Shown: piece after piece, positions 1 to 10,456 of the stretch
How the letters are laid out: every line of letters starts with the position of its first letter
Numbering within the stretch: position 1 is the first letter of the stretch
Origin: an uncultured delta proteobacterium
GTDB lineage: Bacteria; Desulfobacterota; Desulfobacteria; Desulfobacterales; B30-G6
DNA: 64,000 nt
Assembly: GCA_963823335.1 (NCBI GenBank)
Contig: CAWGLD010000002.1
Location: forward strand, 32,001-96,000
Direction: 5' to 3'
The notes under the pieces: generated by a model
Seen by the model: only the letters and a program-made list of their open reading frames with translations
Told to the model about the DNA's origin: nothing
Databases searched by the model: none
Program-made: the position numbers and the translations under genes

Positions 1-967
1 ACACCGTTGGCGCATGGCCCAGCCTTGCGGAAAAGAAGGCCGTTGAAAGTCCTTGGACACCGCCACCCATAACAGCTATTTTTCGACCCGTATCCGGTGC
101 CTTGAATGGTAGAATTCTTGCTCCCTTTTCTTTTTCGTAGTCGGCCACAAAGCGTTTCAGAAAATTGATCGCAACGGGTTCATCAAGGAGTTGTCGTCTG
201 CAGACATCTTCACAGGGTCGCGGACAGATACGACCGATGACGGTGGGAAATGGATTTCTTTCCTTGATAATCTGGACTGAGCGAGCGTAGTTTTTCAATT
301 GAATCTGTTGTATATATTCGCAGATATTGATGCCGGCAGGACAGGCTCTCTGGCAGGGTGTGGTACAATCCTCGGTGGTGTACTCACGGATGATACGACG
401 TGTGACAGAGGAAAGGGTGATAATATGTTTTGGACAGACCCTTTCGCATGTTCCGCACCCGGTACATTTGACTTCATCCACCACGGGCAGACCATCCATT
501 CCCATGGTGATGGCATCAAAAGGGCATACCTTTGCACAGGTTCCAAGACCCAGGCATCCGATCCGGCAAACTTTCATTCCTCCATTGATGAGAGCTGCGG
601 CCCTGCAATCTCCCAGACCGTCATAAAAAAATTTTATGTCGGCAGTCTGGAGACCGTAGGTACATCCCGGCCTGGCAATATCAGGTTCTTTGGCTTCAAT
701 GGCGACACCCAATATAGCGGCAATGGCTTCGGCAACTTCCGGACCCGCTGCCACACAGGAATTGGGAGACGCCTTTCCGGAAACAATAGCTTCGGCATTT
801 GCGCTGCAACCCGGAAGACCGCATCCCCCACAATTGGCACCTGGAAGGGCTTCATCGACAGCTACAATCTGGGGATCCACATAAACATAAAATATTTTTG
901 ATGCCATGGCCAAACCCACGCCCACAAGCAGTCCGAGACCTCCCATCATGAATACGGCTTCAATCAT
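1..967 (-). CDS. RnfB-like ferredoxin fused to GltD-like Fe-S/FAD oxidoreductase (3' end runs off window)
   Basis: Hand translation (absent from ORF track): MIEAVFMMGGLGLLVGVGLAMASK..LPGANCGGCGLPGC..CLGLGTCAKVCP..CTGCGTCERVCP..PCQRACP..GRICPRPCEDVCRR..KIAVMGGGVQGLS; AGGAG RBS upstream. Confidence 0.85.
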   Translation of the reverse strand, partial: MIEAVFMMGGLGLLVGVGLAMASKIFYVYVDPQIVAVDEALPGANCGGCGLPGCSANAEAIVSGKASPNSCVAAGPEVAEAIAAILGVAIEAKEPDIARPGCTYGLQTADIKFFYDGLGDCRAAALINGGMKVCRIGCLGLGTCAKVCPFDAITMGMDGLPVVDEVKCTGCGTCERVCPKHIITLSSVTRRIIREYTTEDCTTPCQRACPAGINICEYIQQIQLKNYARSVQIIKERNPFPTVIGRICPRPCEDVCRRQLLDEPVAINFLKRFVADYEKEKGARILPFKAPDTGRKIAVMGGGVQGLSTAFFSARLGHAPTV

Positions 968-1143
968 TGTTTGCTCCTGTTCAAACTGGCATTAGTATTT
1001 TTATTTTGAGAAAGTTCCTCGAACTTTCGACACCTTGTATGCTTGGACGCCAGGACGCGTGGAAGCTATAATGCTGCTGTCCGCTGATAGCTTTCAGCCA
1101 CCCTCGGACCCTTGTATCACCCTTGGTCCCTTTTACCTTTTTT

Positions 1144-1497
1144 TTACCATGAACCGTCAAGGCCACGCAGGCCTTCCATGTAAAGCTTTCCACTGGCCAC
1201 AAAAAGAGAATACCCGGTGAGCAACAACGGAATCTTGTAGGATGCTGCCAGGGCGATAACATGCTTTTCCGGCTGTTTACCCCGGACGAAAACGATGACT
1301 CCCACCCTGGCGACTTTTGCAGTGCGAATGACCTGCTCGGTGACGACACCGGTTAGCAGCGCACACCCTTCTGTGGCGGCTGCCAGCACATCATCCATGA
1401 GATCTGCGCTACCACCGCCTGCAATTGTGTTCTCCATCTGATCTTCACCCGATAGTACGGTCGCTTTCAGAGCATCTTTGATTTCAGCTATTTTCAT
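1144..1497 (-). CDS. DRTGG domain protein
   Basis: MKIAEIKDALKATVLSG..ADLMDDVLA..LLTG..IVFVRGKQP; start moved to ATG 1497. Confidence 0.75.
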   Translation of the reverse strand: MKIAEIKDALKATVLSGEDQMENTIAGGGSADLMDDVLAAATEGCALLTGVVTEQVIRTAKVARVGVIVFVRGKQPEKHVIALAASYKIPLLLTGYSLFVASGKLYMEGLRGLDGSW

Positions 1498-1783
1498 TTG
1501 GCAATCAACCTTTCGAACCGCAGCAGCGAGCGTATTCCCCGTGGATAGTCGACCGAGTTCGCCCAGGTCTTGTCGCGGGGTTAACGAGAGACGCTGAACT
1601 GGATGGTCCTGAAATGTATAGCCTTCCGAATTTTCAACCAATAAGTGGATCAAATTGACAGTTACCATTTCATAACTATCATGGATTGTCAATGCTATCA
1701 TGATCTGAAAAAGAGATCTTTCCGTTGACAAGTAGAGGAATTATTTATGATAACGGCTGGAAAGAGAGTTGAAAGGAATTTGT

Positions 1784-2605
1784 ATGTTGGGGTATCAAAA
1801 CAAGGTTGCCGAGGCAGTCGCATATATCGAAAAGAAAATCCCGGAAAAGCCATCTGCCGGTTTGCTGACCGGGACCGGCCTGGGAGACAGTGGGCGGTCT
1901 TTGCTTGTGTCTGTGTCCCTGTCTTATAAAGACATTCCCCATTTCCCGGTATCTACGGTGCAGAGTCATGCCGGAAAATTGCTGGCCGGCAGGATGGCCA
2001 ACCGATCGGTCCTTGTCATGCAGGGGCGTTTTCATCTTTACGAAGGCTATTCGCCACTGGAGGTCACTTTTCCCATACGGGTTATGCAGGCATTGGGTGT
2101 CGAAACGTTGTTTGTCACCAATGCCGCCGGAGGACTCAACCCATCGTTTAGACCAGGTGACGTCATGCTCATAGAAGATCATATCAATCTGACCGGTGCC
2201 AATCCCCTTGTGGGGCCGAACCATGATGACTGGGGTGAACGGTTTCCCGATATGACCGAAGCCTATGACAATCGATTGATATCACTTGCAGAAAAAGCTG
2301 GAACTGACGCCATGATTCCCCTTAGAAAAGGGGTATATGCCGGTTTATTGGGGCCGTCTCTTGAAACACCTGCAGAGATTCGTTTTTTAAGAACCATCGG
2401 GGCCGAAGCCGTCGGTTTTTCGACAACTCAGGAGGTCATTGCTGCCGTGCACGCCCGCATTAAGGTGCTGGGGCTGTCGATTATCACCAACGTCCATGAT
2501 CCCGATCACCCGGCTCCTGCCAGTGTGGAAGAGATTATAAATGTGGCAAAGGCCGCTGCTCCCCAGGTCGATCGGATCCTTCATGCTGTGATAGGAAAAA
2601 TATAA
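1784..2605 (+). CDS. punA: purine-nucleoside phosphorylase (trimeric type)
   Basis: GTGLG, STVQSHAG, QGRFHLYEGY, TNAAGG, GPSLETPAE motifs. Confidence 0.9.
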   Translation: MLGYQNKVAEAVAYIEKKIPEKPSAGLLTGTGLGDSGRSLLVSVSLSYKDIPHFPVSTVQSHAGKLLAGRMANRSVLVMQGRFHLYEGYSPLEVTFPIRVMQALGVETLFVTNAAGGLNPSFRPGDVMLIEDHINLTGANPLVGPNHDDWGERFPDMTEAYDNRLISLAEKAGTDAMIPLRKGVYAGLLGPSLETPAEIRFLRTIGAEAVGFSTTQEVIAAVHARIKVLGLSIITNVHDPDHPAPASVEEIINVAKAAAPQVDRILHAVIGKI

Positions 2606-2610
2606 ACGAA

Positions 2611-2676
2611 AGGGTTCGAGGGTCTGAGGGGGGATACAAGGGTTGGAGGGTTGGAGGTTCTGAGGGTTCGAGGGGA
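2611..2676. repeat. degenerate 8-mer tandem array (AGGGTTCG/AGGGTTGG-like)
   Basis: Period-8 array. Related arrays in reverse orientation at about 1101-1132 and 40943-41000 share CCCTTGTATCACCCT. Confidence 0.7.
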
Positions 2677-2731
2677 AAAGCCAGTTTGCGTACAGCTTAA
2701 ATCCCGGCTTATCAAAGAAAAAAAAGAAATT

Positions 2732-2834
2732 TATACCGCTTGTCATAATAATGTTCCGAAAATAGGATGGCGGCATAAGGGGTTGTAGCAGAAAAAAGGT
2801 CCTTTATCGGAACGTTTTTCTGACAACCCCTATA
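2732..2834. mobile_element. 103-bp MITE-like element, copy 1
   Basis: TATA-bounded, imperfect terminal inverted repeats TATAnnnnTTGTCAnAAnAAnGTTCCGA; near-identical reverse-complement copies at 31472 and 32562. Confidence 0.8.
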
Positions 2835-2951
2835 ACCAGAATATACACGAAAATTACAATTAGGTATTGATATCCGGTTACGGACACAAACCCACAACAC
2901 ACCAAACACCAAACACCAAACACAACGATCCATTAGATTCGGAGCCATCCA

Positions 2952-4289
2952 TTGCAGACGACATTTGACACCATCATTTACAATGCCACCATTGTGACCG
3001 TCAATGCGACCTTTGATATCGTCCCCAAGGGTATGATCGGAATAAAGAACGGCAAGATTGAATCGATTGCTGACATGCCGGACAAGGTCGATATTCCGAC
3101 CGGAATAAATGCAATCGATGCCGCAGGCGGTGTCGTTATGCCCGGGCTGATCAACACCCACACCCACATGCCCATGACACTCTTTCGTGGTCTGGCCGAT
3201 GACCTGCCCCTGGATGTATGGTTGAATCGATATATTTTTCCAGCTGAGGAGGCCTGGATCAATCCCGAAAATGTTCGCCTGGGTACGGCACTTGCGTGTG
3301 CGGAAATGTTGCTCTCCGGGACGACGACCGTCTGCGGAGGATACTTTTACGAAGGTGTGGTTGCGGAAATCGTGAACCAGGCAGGGATACGCGGGGTACT
3401 CGGGCAGGGGGTTATCGATTTCCCGGCACCTGGTGTACCGGATGCCGGAGAAAATATCAATGCGGCCATAGCTTTCATCAAGAAGTGGAATGGCTTGTCG
3501 CCGATGATCCAGCCTTCCATCTTTTGCCATTCACCCTATACCTGTTCAAAGAAAACCCTCAAAGCGGCTAAGACTGCAGCCAGATCCCAAGGCGTCCTTT
3601 TTCAAATTCATGCAGCCGAAACAGCCCGTGAAAAGACCTTGATCGAGGGCGGTGGCGATATGTCGCCTGTTCAATATCTCGACCATATTGGTGTCCTGGA
3701 TGCGCAGACCTTGCTGGTACATTCAATCTGGGTAGATGACGAGGATATCGACATCATCGCCAACAGCGGTGCGGCAGTGTCACACAACCCCGAGAGCAAC
3801 ATGAAACTGGCTTCCGGGATCGCTCCGGTTCAAAAATTTCTGTCTGCAGGCATCCCTGTCGGTCTGGGGACGGACGGCTGTGCGAGCAACAATGACCTGG
3901 ATATGTTTCAGGAGATGGACACGGCCGCGAAACTTCACAAGGCGCATACGCTTGACCCCACTGTCATGGATGTCAACTCGGTGCTGAAGATGGCTACCAT
4001 CGAGGCCGCCAGGGCCATCGGCCTGGATAGCAGAATCGGATCATTGGAAAAAGGCAAGCAAGCCGACCTGATTATCATCGACACCCACCAGCCGCATCTG
4101 ATGCCTATCTACAACCCTGTATCCCAGATCGTCTATTCGGCAAGAGGTTCTGACGTAAGAGATGTCATGGTGGCGGGCAGAATGCTGGTGCACAACAGGT
4201 CCCTGACATCCCTGGACCAGGATGACATTTTAAATAAGGTAAATGCACTGAGCAGGGAGATATCCCGGACTTTTCATGCTTCGCCGTAA
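2952..4289 (+). CDS. mtaD: amidohydrolase, MTA/SAH deaminase family
   Basis: PGLINTHTH, IHAAET, HNPESNMKLASG, GTDGCASNNDLDMF; purine salvage context. Confidence 0.8.
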   Translation: MQTTFDTIIYNATIVTVNATFDIVPKGMIGIKNGKIESIADMPDKVDIPTGINAIDAAGGVVMPGLINTHTHMPMTLFRGLADDLPLDVWLNRYIFPAEEAWINPENVRLGTALACAEMLLSGTTTVCGGYFYEGVVAEIVNQAGIRGVLGQGVIDFPAPGVPDAGENINAAIAFIKKWNGLSPMIQPSIFCHSPYTCSKKTLKAAKTAARSQGVLFQIHAAETAREKTLIEGGGDMSPVQYLDHIGVLDAQTLLVHSIWVDDEDIDIIANSGAAVSHNPESNMKLASGIAPVQKFLSAGIPVGLGTDGCASNNDLDMFQEMDTAAKLHKAHTLDPTVMDVNSVLKMATIEAARAIGLDSRIGSLEKGKQADLIIIDTHQPHLMPIYNPVSQIVYSARGSDVRDVMVAGRMLVHNRSLTSLDQDDILNKVNALSREISRTFHASP

Positions 4290-4304
4290 AATCGTGCAAC
4301 GATT

Positions 4305-4826
4305 CTATTCACCTTCAAACTGACACATGGTAAATATCTTTTGATCTTTGATTTTCTCCCGCCCCTTAAGCTCCGGCAGTTCTACGATAAAACCACATTC
4401 CAATATTTCACCACCCAGTTTTTTTACCAGTTTTACAGCGGCCTCGATGGTTCCGCCTGTGGCGATTAGGTCATCGATGATGACAACTTTTTCACCTTTG
4501 GCAATGGCATCTGCGTGCATTTCGACAGTATTTTCACCATATTCAAGAGTATACGGCGCAGAAACGGTCTTATAGGGCAGCTTGCCCTTTTTTCTTACAG
4601 GTACAAAGCCCACATTCAGCTGGTAGGCCAGGACAGCCCCGAAGACAAAACCTCTGGCGTCAATGCCAATGACCTTGTCAATTTTCATGTTTTTGTATCG
4701 ATTGAAAAATACATCGCAGGTGTACCGATACGCTTTTGGATTCTGCATGAGCGTGGTAAGATCCCTGAAAATCACGCCTTCAATGGGCCAGCCGGGGATG
4801 GATCTGATGGAAGCTTTTAAATCCAT
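4305..4826 (-). CDS. apt: adenine phosphoribosyltransferase
   Basis: FRDLTT, DARGF, RKKGKLP, YTLEYG, IIDDLIATGGT. Confidence 0.95.
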   Translation of the reverse strand: MDLKASIRSIPGWPIEGVIFRDLTTLMQNPKAYRYTCDVFFNRYKNMKIDKVIGIDARGFVFGAVLAYQLNVGFVPVRKKGKLPYKTVSAPYTLEYGENTVEMHADAIAKGEKVVIIDDLIATGGTIEAAVKLVKKLGGEILECGFIVELPELKGREKIKDQKIFTMCQFEGE

Positions 4827-5582
4827 TCATTGCTCCTGATTGATTTTTGGAATTACGTTTTGAAGCAGCTTTTTAACACTATCCGCATTCTGATTAAACA
4901 CAGCAAGAATTTCTTCCCATGAGACCGGTGCCTCATCTTCTTTCCAGCAATCATAGTCGGTAGACATGGCAACCGCCGCATAAGGTATGCCCGCTTCATT
5001 GGCCAGTATCGCTTCCGGGGCGATGGACATATTGATGATATCGGCACCCCAGGCCCTGAACATATGGGATTCGGCCCTGGTGGAGAACCGTGGACCCTCG
5101 ATGGTGACCACGGTTCCACCATTGTGTGTCGGGTAACCGAGCGCGACAGAGGTATGATATAGCGTGGTTCTCAGTTTTGGATCAAAAGGGTCGGCCATGG
5201 ACGTATGGGCTGCTCCTTTTTCAAAGGAGTCGAAAAATGTGTTTTTCCTGAAACGGGTAAAATCGATAAACTGGTCAACGATGACAAAGTGTCCTCTCTT
5301 TATTCCCTCACGGAGACTGCCGCATGCAGTCGTCGCAAGAATATGCGTTGCCCCCATGGATTTCAAGGCATGGATATTGGCCCGATTATTTACCTGGGTT
5401 GGGCTGTACTGGTGTTTTTTCCCATGCCGTGCGAGTAGGAGTGTTTCGGTGCCTTCGATCCGACCGCAGGTGAGTGTAGAGGACGGTTTGCCATAGGGCG
5501 TATCCACATTCACTGATGTTGCATCTTTGATTATGTCGGGGTCATCCAGACCCGACCCGCCGATTATTCCGACAACTGGCAT
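4827..5582 (-). CDS. mtnP: S-methyl-5'-thioadenosine phosphorylase
   Basis: GIIGGSG, ARHG, TACGSL, IEGPRFSTRAES, STDYDCW. Confidence 0.9.
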   Translation of the reverse strand: MPVVGIIGGSGLDDPDIIKDATSVNVDTPYGKPSSTLTCGRIEGTETLLLARHGKKHQYSPTQVNNRANIHALKSMGATHILATTACGSLREGIKRGHFVIVDQFIDFTRFRKNTFFDSFEKGAAHTSMADPFDPKLRTTLYHTSVALGYPTHNGGTVVTIEGPRFSTRAESHMFRAWGADIINMSIAPEAILANEAGIPYAAVAMSTDYDCWKEDEAPVSWEEILAVFNQNADSVKKLLQNVIPKINQEQ

Positions 5583-5615
5583 AACAAACTCCAGAACAAA
5601 TTCGTGTTTGTGTCT

Positions 5616-7748
5616 CTATTTCAGAATGATTCTGGCGTCCACGAGGCTCAAGCCATTTTCGTGAACGATGACCGGGTTTAAGTCCATTTCTTGAATTTCC
5701 GGATAGGATTCAATGATATCCGAGCAGAGCAACAGTAAATTGATCAGCGCTTTTTTGTCATATGGTGGATTGCCACGAATTCCGTTCAGGATCGGATAGG
5801 ATTTGGTTTCTTCCATCATCTGCCGGGCGGATGTACGGGTAAGAGGCAGCACCCGGAAAGCGACATCTTTCAATACCTCCACCATGATACCGCCCAGACC
5901 GTACATGATAACGGGGCCGAATTGATCATCGACTTTTGTTCCGATGATAATTTCCACCCCTTTTCTGGCCATGGGTGATACGAGGACGCCCCGGATGTCA
6001 GCCTCCGGGGAGAAGTGTCGGGCGTTTTTGACGATGGTGGCAAATGCATCCCGAATCTGCTTTTCCGTTTTCAGGTTGGTCATGACACCGCCTGCGTCAC
6101 TTTTGTGGAGGATGTCCGGTGACACGATTTTCAGGACAACCTCGTCTTTTATTTTTCCGGCAAAGCGCGTGGCTTCATCGGGTGTGGATGCCAGCAGATC
6201 TTTGGATACAGGCGCTCCATGCAGCCCGAGCAGCAATTTGGCTTCATTTTCCAACAGAGCGCTGCGATGTTCCGCCGTTGCTTTTTCCAGAATCGCTTTT
6301 CCATCAGGTCTTGCTTTGGCGCCCCAGTTCATGACGAAACTGGCTTTGGTATGATATTTTTTCAAATATGTGCCATACTCGGTCAGTACACCGATGCATT
6401 TGCAGGCCACATCCAGAGAATCATAAACCGGAATGTTGTAGTACCGCAGCAGATCGAGTGCGTGGGGCTTTTCCGAACTGTAAAGACTGTGAACCACAAT
6501 AGGCTTTTTACCCTTCTTGACCATTTTTCCCATTTGATGGGCGGCGTCCTCCTCCAGTAGGGCCAGGCTTTCGGCGAAGCGGATACCGTATCCACCGAAC
6601 AGTCCCACCAGCAGAAGTCCTCCCACATTGGGGTCCTTAAGGATGATTCTTGCGCAGTCGGCGAACAGGGAGGGGTCGGCGTCCGTACCACCGGCCACAT
6701 CCACCGGATTGGGCACAGATGCGGCAAAGGGCAAAATCTGTTTCAGTTTGTTGCGGGTTTTTTCAGTGAACTCCGGGATATTCACGCCGAGGTCGCTCAA
6801 GAGATCTGCAGCAATGGTGGCGTGCCCGCCACCATCCGCCAGGATTGCCACGCTGTTGTTCTTGATGGGCGGCAGGCTGGCCAGAGTCTCGGCCGCGGGA
6901 AAAAGATCGTTGGAATTTTCAATCAAGATGATACCGGCCCGCCGGAAAGCGCCCCGGGCCACCTCGGACATACCGGCCAATGCCCCGGTATGTGAACCTG
7001 CCGAACGTTTGCCGGTGGTTGAACGACCGCTTTTTAACAGGACAACCGGTTTGTCGATAGTGGTTGTATAGGCCTGTTGGAGAAATTCACGACCCTGTCG
7101 CATTCCTTCGACATACATCAATATGGCGCGGGTATCGGGATCCTGCCGGAAAAATTCAAGGTATTCATGAAACTTGATGTCCGCCTCGTTTCCCACGCCG
7201 ACATAATAGGAAAATCCCATGCGGCTCTTGAGCTTGGCTTCCGTGATCAGGGTCAAGGCCATGTTTCCGCTCTGGGTTAGAAGAGCGATATTGCCCCTGG
7301 GCGCATTTTTCAGCCCCACGAGGTTTAAGCGATCTTTCAGGTTCATCATACCGGAGGTGTTGGGACCGATGAGCCGGATCCCGTATTTTCGGGCTGTCTC
7401 CACCATTCGGGTTTCCAGGGCCCGCCCTTCTTCGCCCAATTCACCAAACCCTCCGGCAATGATAACGGCACCATGAACGCCCTTGAGACCGCAATCTGCC
7501 AGAATTGCCGGTGTTGTATTGGCTGGTGTGGTAATCAATGCGATGTCTACGGGGCCTTCAATTGCCGAAACCTTTGGATAGCATTTCAGACCCAAAATAC
7601 TCTTTTCCTTGGGGTTGACTGGATATATCCTGCCGCCGAATTTTTCATCGATGAGAATCCGGATGGCCTGATAACCTCTTTTGGTTTCATTGGTCGAGGC
7701 CCCGACAATTGCGACGGATTCCGCGTTTAAAACCTTTTCAAGAGACAT
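5616..7748 (-). CDS. acetate/acyl-CoA ligase (ADP-forming), alpha-beta fusion
   Basis: VAIVGAS, GPNTSG, QSGN, SHTGALAG, NPVD, ILHKSDAGGV, DLNPVIV. Confidence 0.9.
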   Translation of the reverse strand: MSLEKVLNAESVAIVGASTNETKRGYQAIRILIDEKFGGRIYPVNPKEKSILGLKCYPKVSAIEGPVDIALITTPANTTPAILADCGLKGVHGAVIIAGGFGELGEEGRALETRMVETARKYGIRLIGPNTSGMMNLKDRLNLVGLKNAPRGNIALLTQSGNMALTLITEAKLKSRMGFSYYVGVGNEADIKFHEYLEFFRQDPDTRAILMYVEGMRQGREFLQQAYTTTIDKPVVLLKSGRSTTGKRSAGSHTGALAGMSEVARGAFRRAGIILIENSNDLFPAAETLASLPPIKNNSVAILADGGGHATIAADLLSDLGVNIPEFTEKTRNKLKQILPFAASVPNPVDVAGGTDADPSLFADCARIILKDPNVGGLLLVGLFGGYGIRFAESLALLEEDAAHQMGKMVKKGKKPIVVHSLYSSEKPHALDLLRYYNIPVYDSLDVACKCIGVLTEYGTYLKKYHTKASFVMNWGAKARPDGKAILEKATAEHRSALLENEAKLLLGLHGAPVSKDLLASTPDEATRFAGKIKDEVVLKIVSPDILHKSDAGGVMTNLKTEKQIRDAFATIVKNARHFSPEADIRGVLVSPMARKGVEIIIGTKVDDQFGPVIMYGLGGIMVEVLKDVAFRVLPLTRTSARQMMEETKSYPILNGIRGNPPYDKKALINLLLLCSDIIESYPEIQEMDLNPVIVHENGLSLVDARIILK

Positions 7749-7765
7749 GCTGATCCTTTCTTCGT

Positions 7766-8530
7766 TTATTTCTTGCGGTCTTCGAACGTTTTCAAAGAGT
7801 CCTGTCGTTCTTTGGTGGAGACACAGGCGAGGCAGGCTTCCACCTCGTAATCCATCAATGCTTCAAGGCTTGCTTCACTGCGGGCCATCAGCAGGCCTTT
7901 TTTGATCATTTTGATTGAAAATGAAGAATTTTCGGCAATCTTTTCTGCCATATGCCTGGCTGTGCTCATGAGCTCAGGACCGGGAACACTCTGGTTGACC
8001 AGACCGATCCTTTCGGCCTCCTTACCGGAAATGTATTCACCGGTAAAAAGAAGTTCTCTGGCTTTGGCCGGACCTATGAGATCCTGCACAAGACGCATGG
8101 CGCCGCCGGTAACGGATGAAGTGACCTTTGCTTCCGGTGAACCGATCTGTGCGTCTTCTGCCGCGATTCTGAGATCGCATGCCAGTGCCAGTTCATAACC
8201 GGATCCCAGGGCATAGCCGTTGATGGCGGCAATGGTGGGTTTCTCGAAACGGATCAGCTTTCTGGATGCTTCCTGGAGCTCCGTGAGATAATCGCGGTAG
8301 TCTTCGATGCTGCGGGTTTTCGATTCCTTCAAGTCGGCTCCGGTGGAAAACGCTCTTCCGGCACCGGTTACGATCAGCACTTTGATGGCCGGATCGGTTT
8401 TCACGTCTTGCATGGCCGACTGAAAATCAAGCCACAGCTGTTTGTTCATGGCATTCAGAACATTGGGACGATTGAGCTTGATGGTGGCGATACCATCCGC
8501 TTTTTCATAGAGAATACATTCAAGGTCCAT
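7766..8530 (-). CDS. enoyl-CoA hydratase/isomerase family
   Basis: LNRPNVLNA, AFSTGADL, AINGYALGSGYELALACD. Confidence 0.9.
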   Translation of the reverse strand: MDLECILYEKADGIATIKLNRPNVLNAMNKQLWLDFQSAMQDVKTDPAIKVLIVTGAGRAFSTGADLKESKTRSIEDYRDYLTELQEASRKLIRFEKPTIAAINGYALGSGYELALACDLRIAAEDAQIGSPEAKVTSSVTGGAMRLVQDLIGPAKARELLFTGEYISGKEAERIGLVNQSVPGPELMSTARHMAEKIAENSSFSIKMIKKGLLMARSEASLEALMDYEVEACLACVSTKERQDSLKTFEDRKK

Positions 8531-8638
8531 AATTAACTCGCTTTCTGCGTGTCAGTTTTAAGATGGCATTCAACAAGGCGTCACGCCTCTTACCGGTCAT
8601 GGTTTAAGGCAGGATGCAGGTCCTCCGGTCGTTGCAAG

Positions 8639-8784
8639 TAGAAGGCATCTCAAAAAAGTTTTTTGGCCCAATTTCTGTGTTGGTCCCTTGCTTCAACTCC
8701 TCGGAATACTTCAGTATACCTGCGGGTTGAAGTTCGGGCCCGCCTTGAACTTGAACCAAAACCTTTTTTTTGAGACAACTTCTA
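8639..8784. mobile_element. 146-bp MITE-like palindromic element
   Basis: Terminal IR TAGAAGnnnTCTCAAAAAA / TTTTTTGAGAnnnCTTCTA; core CCTCGGAATAC..GTATACCTGCGG resembles core of 29908-30122. Confidence 0.65.
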
Positions 8785-8955
8785 GAAATGCTACAGAATG
8801 AAGATAACAATGTCAACCGGTCAATTGCGGGTCAGTTCGGCAAAGTTCCTTTTGTGAAAGCGGCCAATTGTGATACCACCGAAACGATTAATAGCTGTGG
8901 AAAATATACGTTGCTTCTGATATGATAATTACAAAAGTCATTCAGGCAGAACATT

Positions 8956-8975
8956 CCCTGCAGCTCGCTGCAGGG
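8956..8975. repeat. REP-like hairpin
   Basis: CCCTGCAGC-TC-GCTGCAGGG followed by TAGTCTTCA. Confidence 0.6.
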
Positions 8976-9006
8976 TAGTCTTCAGTTTCTATTGTTGTGT
9001 GACTCT

Positions 9007-10443
9007 ATGGAAATAAAATCTCCACAAAATGAGCTGAATAGACTTAGGCGGGCACAAAAAGCGTTTCAGGCACAAAACAGGTTGTTTGAGAACCTGATCG
9101 AGATGGTGCGCTCCTCTTCAAAACAGGAAATGCTGAAGACCACCATGCAAAAAACCCTGGACGTTGCCTGCGACCTGTCCGGAGCGGAAAAGGGCAGTCT
9201 GTTTTTGCTCAATGAAGATGGTGTCGTCACCGATAGTATCCTTACCCGTGGAGAAGTGCCTTCGGAGCAACGGTTAAGCCTGATCGGGAGTGTACTGGAT
9301 CGAGGTTTGGCCGGTTGGGTCAGAAAGCATCTCGAAATTGGACTTATCAAGAATTCAGAGACAGACGATCGATGGCTGTCTCTCCCGGATGAACCTTATC
9401 TCATTCGTTCCGCGTTAGCCGTACCGATTCTCAGGCACAAATGGCTCTTTGGTATTTTAACGCTTATGCATTCGGCGCCCGGACATTTTACCCAGGATTC
9501 CATCGATATGATGCAACTCACCGCCGATCAGATGGCCCTGGCCATTGAAAATACTCAACTGTACATGAAGCTCGACGCCTCCTATCGTTCCTTGGGCAAA
9601 GCCAAACAATCCATTGAAACGTATTCCAAGGCACTTGACCATGAGCTGGAACAAGGACGGAAAATCCAAAAGGACTTTCTCCCTCATCAGATACCTCAGG
9701 TACCCAATTGCGAAATTAGCACGTATTTTCATCCCGCGTTACAATTGTCCGGTGATTTTTATGATGTATTTATTCTTCCCGACCAGCGTCTGGGACTGGT
9801 CATTGCAGATGTCAGTGGTAAAGGTGTTGGCTCGGCATTGTTCATGGCTCTGCTCAGAAGTTTGATCAGGGTCTTTTCAGGCTACGCCCGTTTGCAGTAT
9901 TCTCTCGAAAGCCGAGACCGGGAGAACCCTGTATTGCTGAGTGGCCAGACAGACCTAACATATGCCCATGAATCAAACGCGCTGAATGCGGTATCGCTTA
10001 CCAGCGAATACATCGCTCATGAACACGGTGACGAAGGCATGTTTGCCACCTTGTTTTTCGGTATTATCAATCCTTTGACAGGATCGCTCTCCTATGTTAA
10101 CGGCGGTCATGAACCCCTGATCATACTGAGTACAGATGGGATAAAAAACAGACTGAAACCCACAGGGCCGGCGGTGGGTCTGATGCCGGGAGCACGTTAT
10201 AAAATAGAAAAGGTTCAGCTCGAATCTGGAGATATTCTGTTCGGATACACCGATGGTGTAACAGAAGCCAGATCACCACAGGATAAACTGTACACACGCA
10301 GACGTTTTGAAGAAGCAGTCGTGAGATATAGTGTTCCGACAGCCGCAGAATGTATAGAAAAAGTTACATCAAATCTTTTTGAATTTATTCAAAACGCACC
10401 CCAGGCTGATGATATTACCATGTTGGCAATCCGTTATCGGTAG
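9007..10443 (+). CDS. GAF + SpoIIE (RsbU-like PP2C) phosphatase
   Basis: GAF region, SGDFYD, IADVSGKG, NGGH, YTDGVTEA, DDIT. Confidence 0.9.
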   Translation: MEIKSPQNELNRLRRAQKAFQAQNRLFENLIEMVRSSSKQEMLKTTMQKTLDVACDLSGAEKGSLFLLNEDGVVTDSILTRGEVPSEQRLSLIGSVLDRGLAGWVRKHLEIGLIKNSETDDRWLSLPDEPYLIRSALAVPILRHKWLFGILTLMHSAPGHFTQDSIDMMQLTADQMALAIENTQLYMKLDASYRSLGKAKQSIETYSKALDHELEQGRKIQKDFLPHQIPQVPNCEISTYFHPALQLSGDFYDVFILPDQRLGLVIADVSGKGVGSALFMALLRSLIRVFSGYARLQYSLESRDRENPVLLSGQTDLTYAHESNALNAVSLTSEYIAHEHGDEGMFATLFFGIINPLTGSLSYVNGGHEPLIILSTDGIKNRLKPTGPAVGLMPGARYKIEKVQLESGDILFGYTDGVTEARSPQDKLYTRRRFEEAVVRYSVPTAAECIEKVTSNLFEFIQNAPQADDITMLAIRYR

Positions 10444-10456
10444 AGGAGGTTAACCC

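Noticed and set aside
4305-7748. Acyl-CoA ligase TAG is in frame with mtnP (11 sense codons between), and mtnP TGA directly abuts the apt ATG, so read-through could make fusions
   Set aside because: All three proteins are full length with their own RBS-like sites. There is no Cys/Pyl-type motif or evident SECIS, and in-frame spacing is expected by chance.
8604-8816. 70-aa ORF
   Set aside because: Lies across a palindromic MITE-like element; not protein-like.
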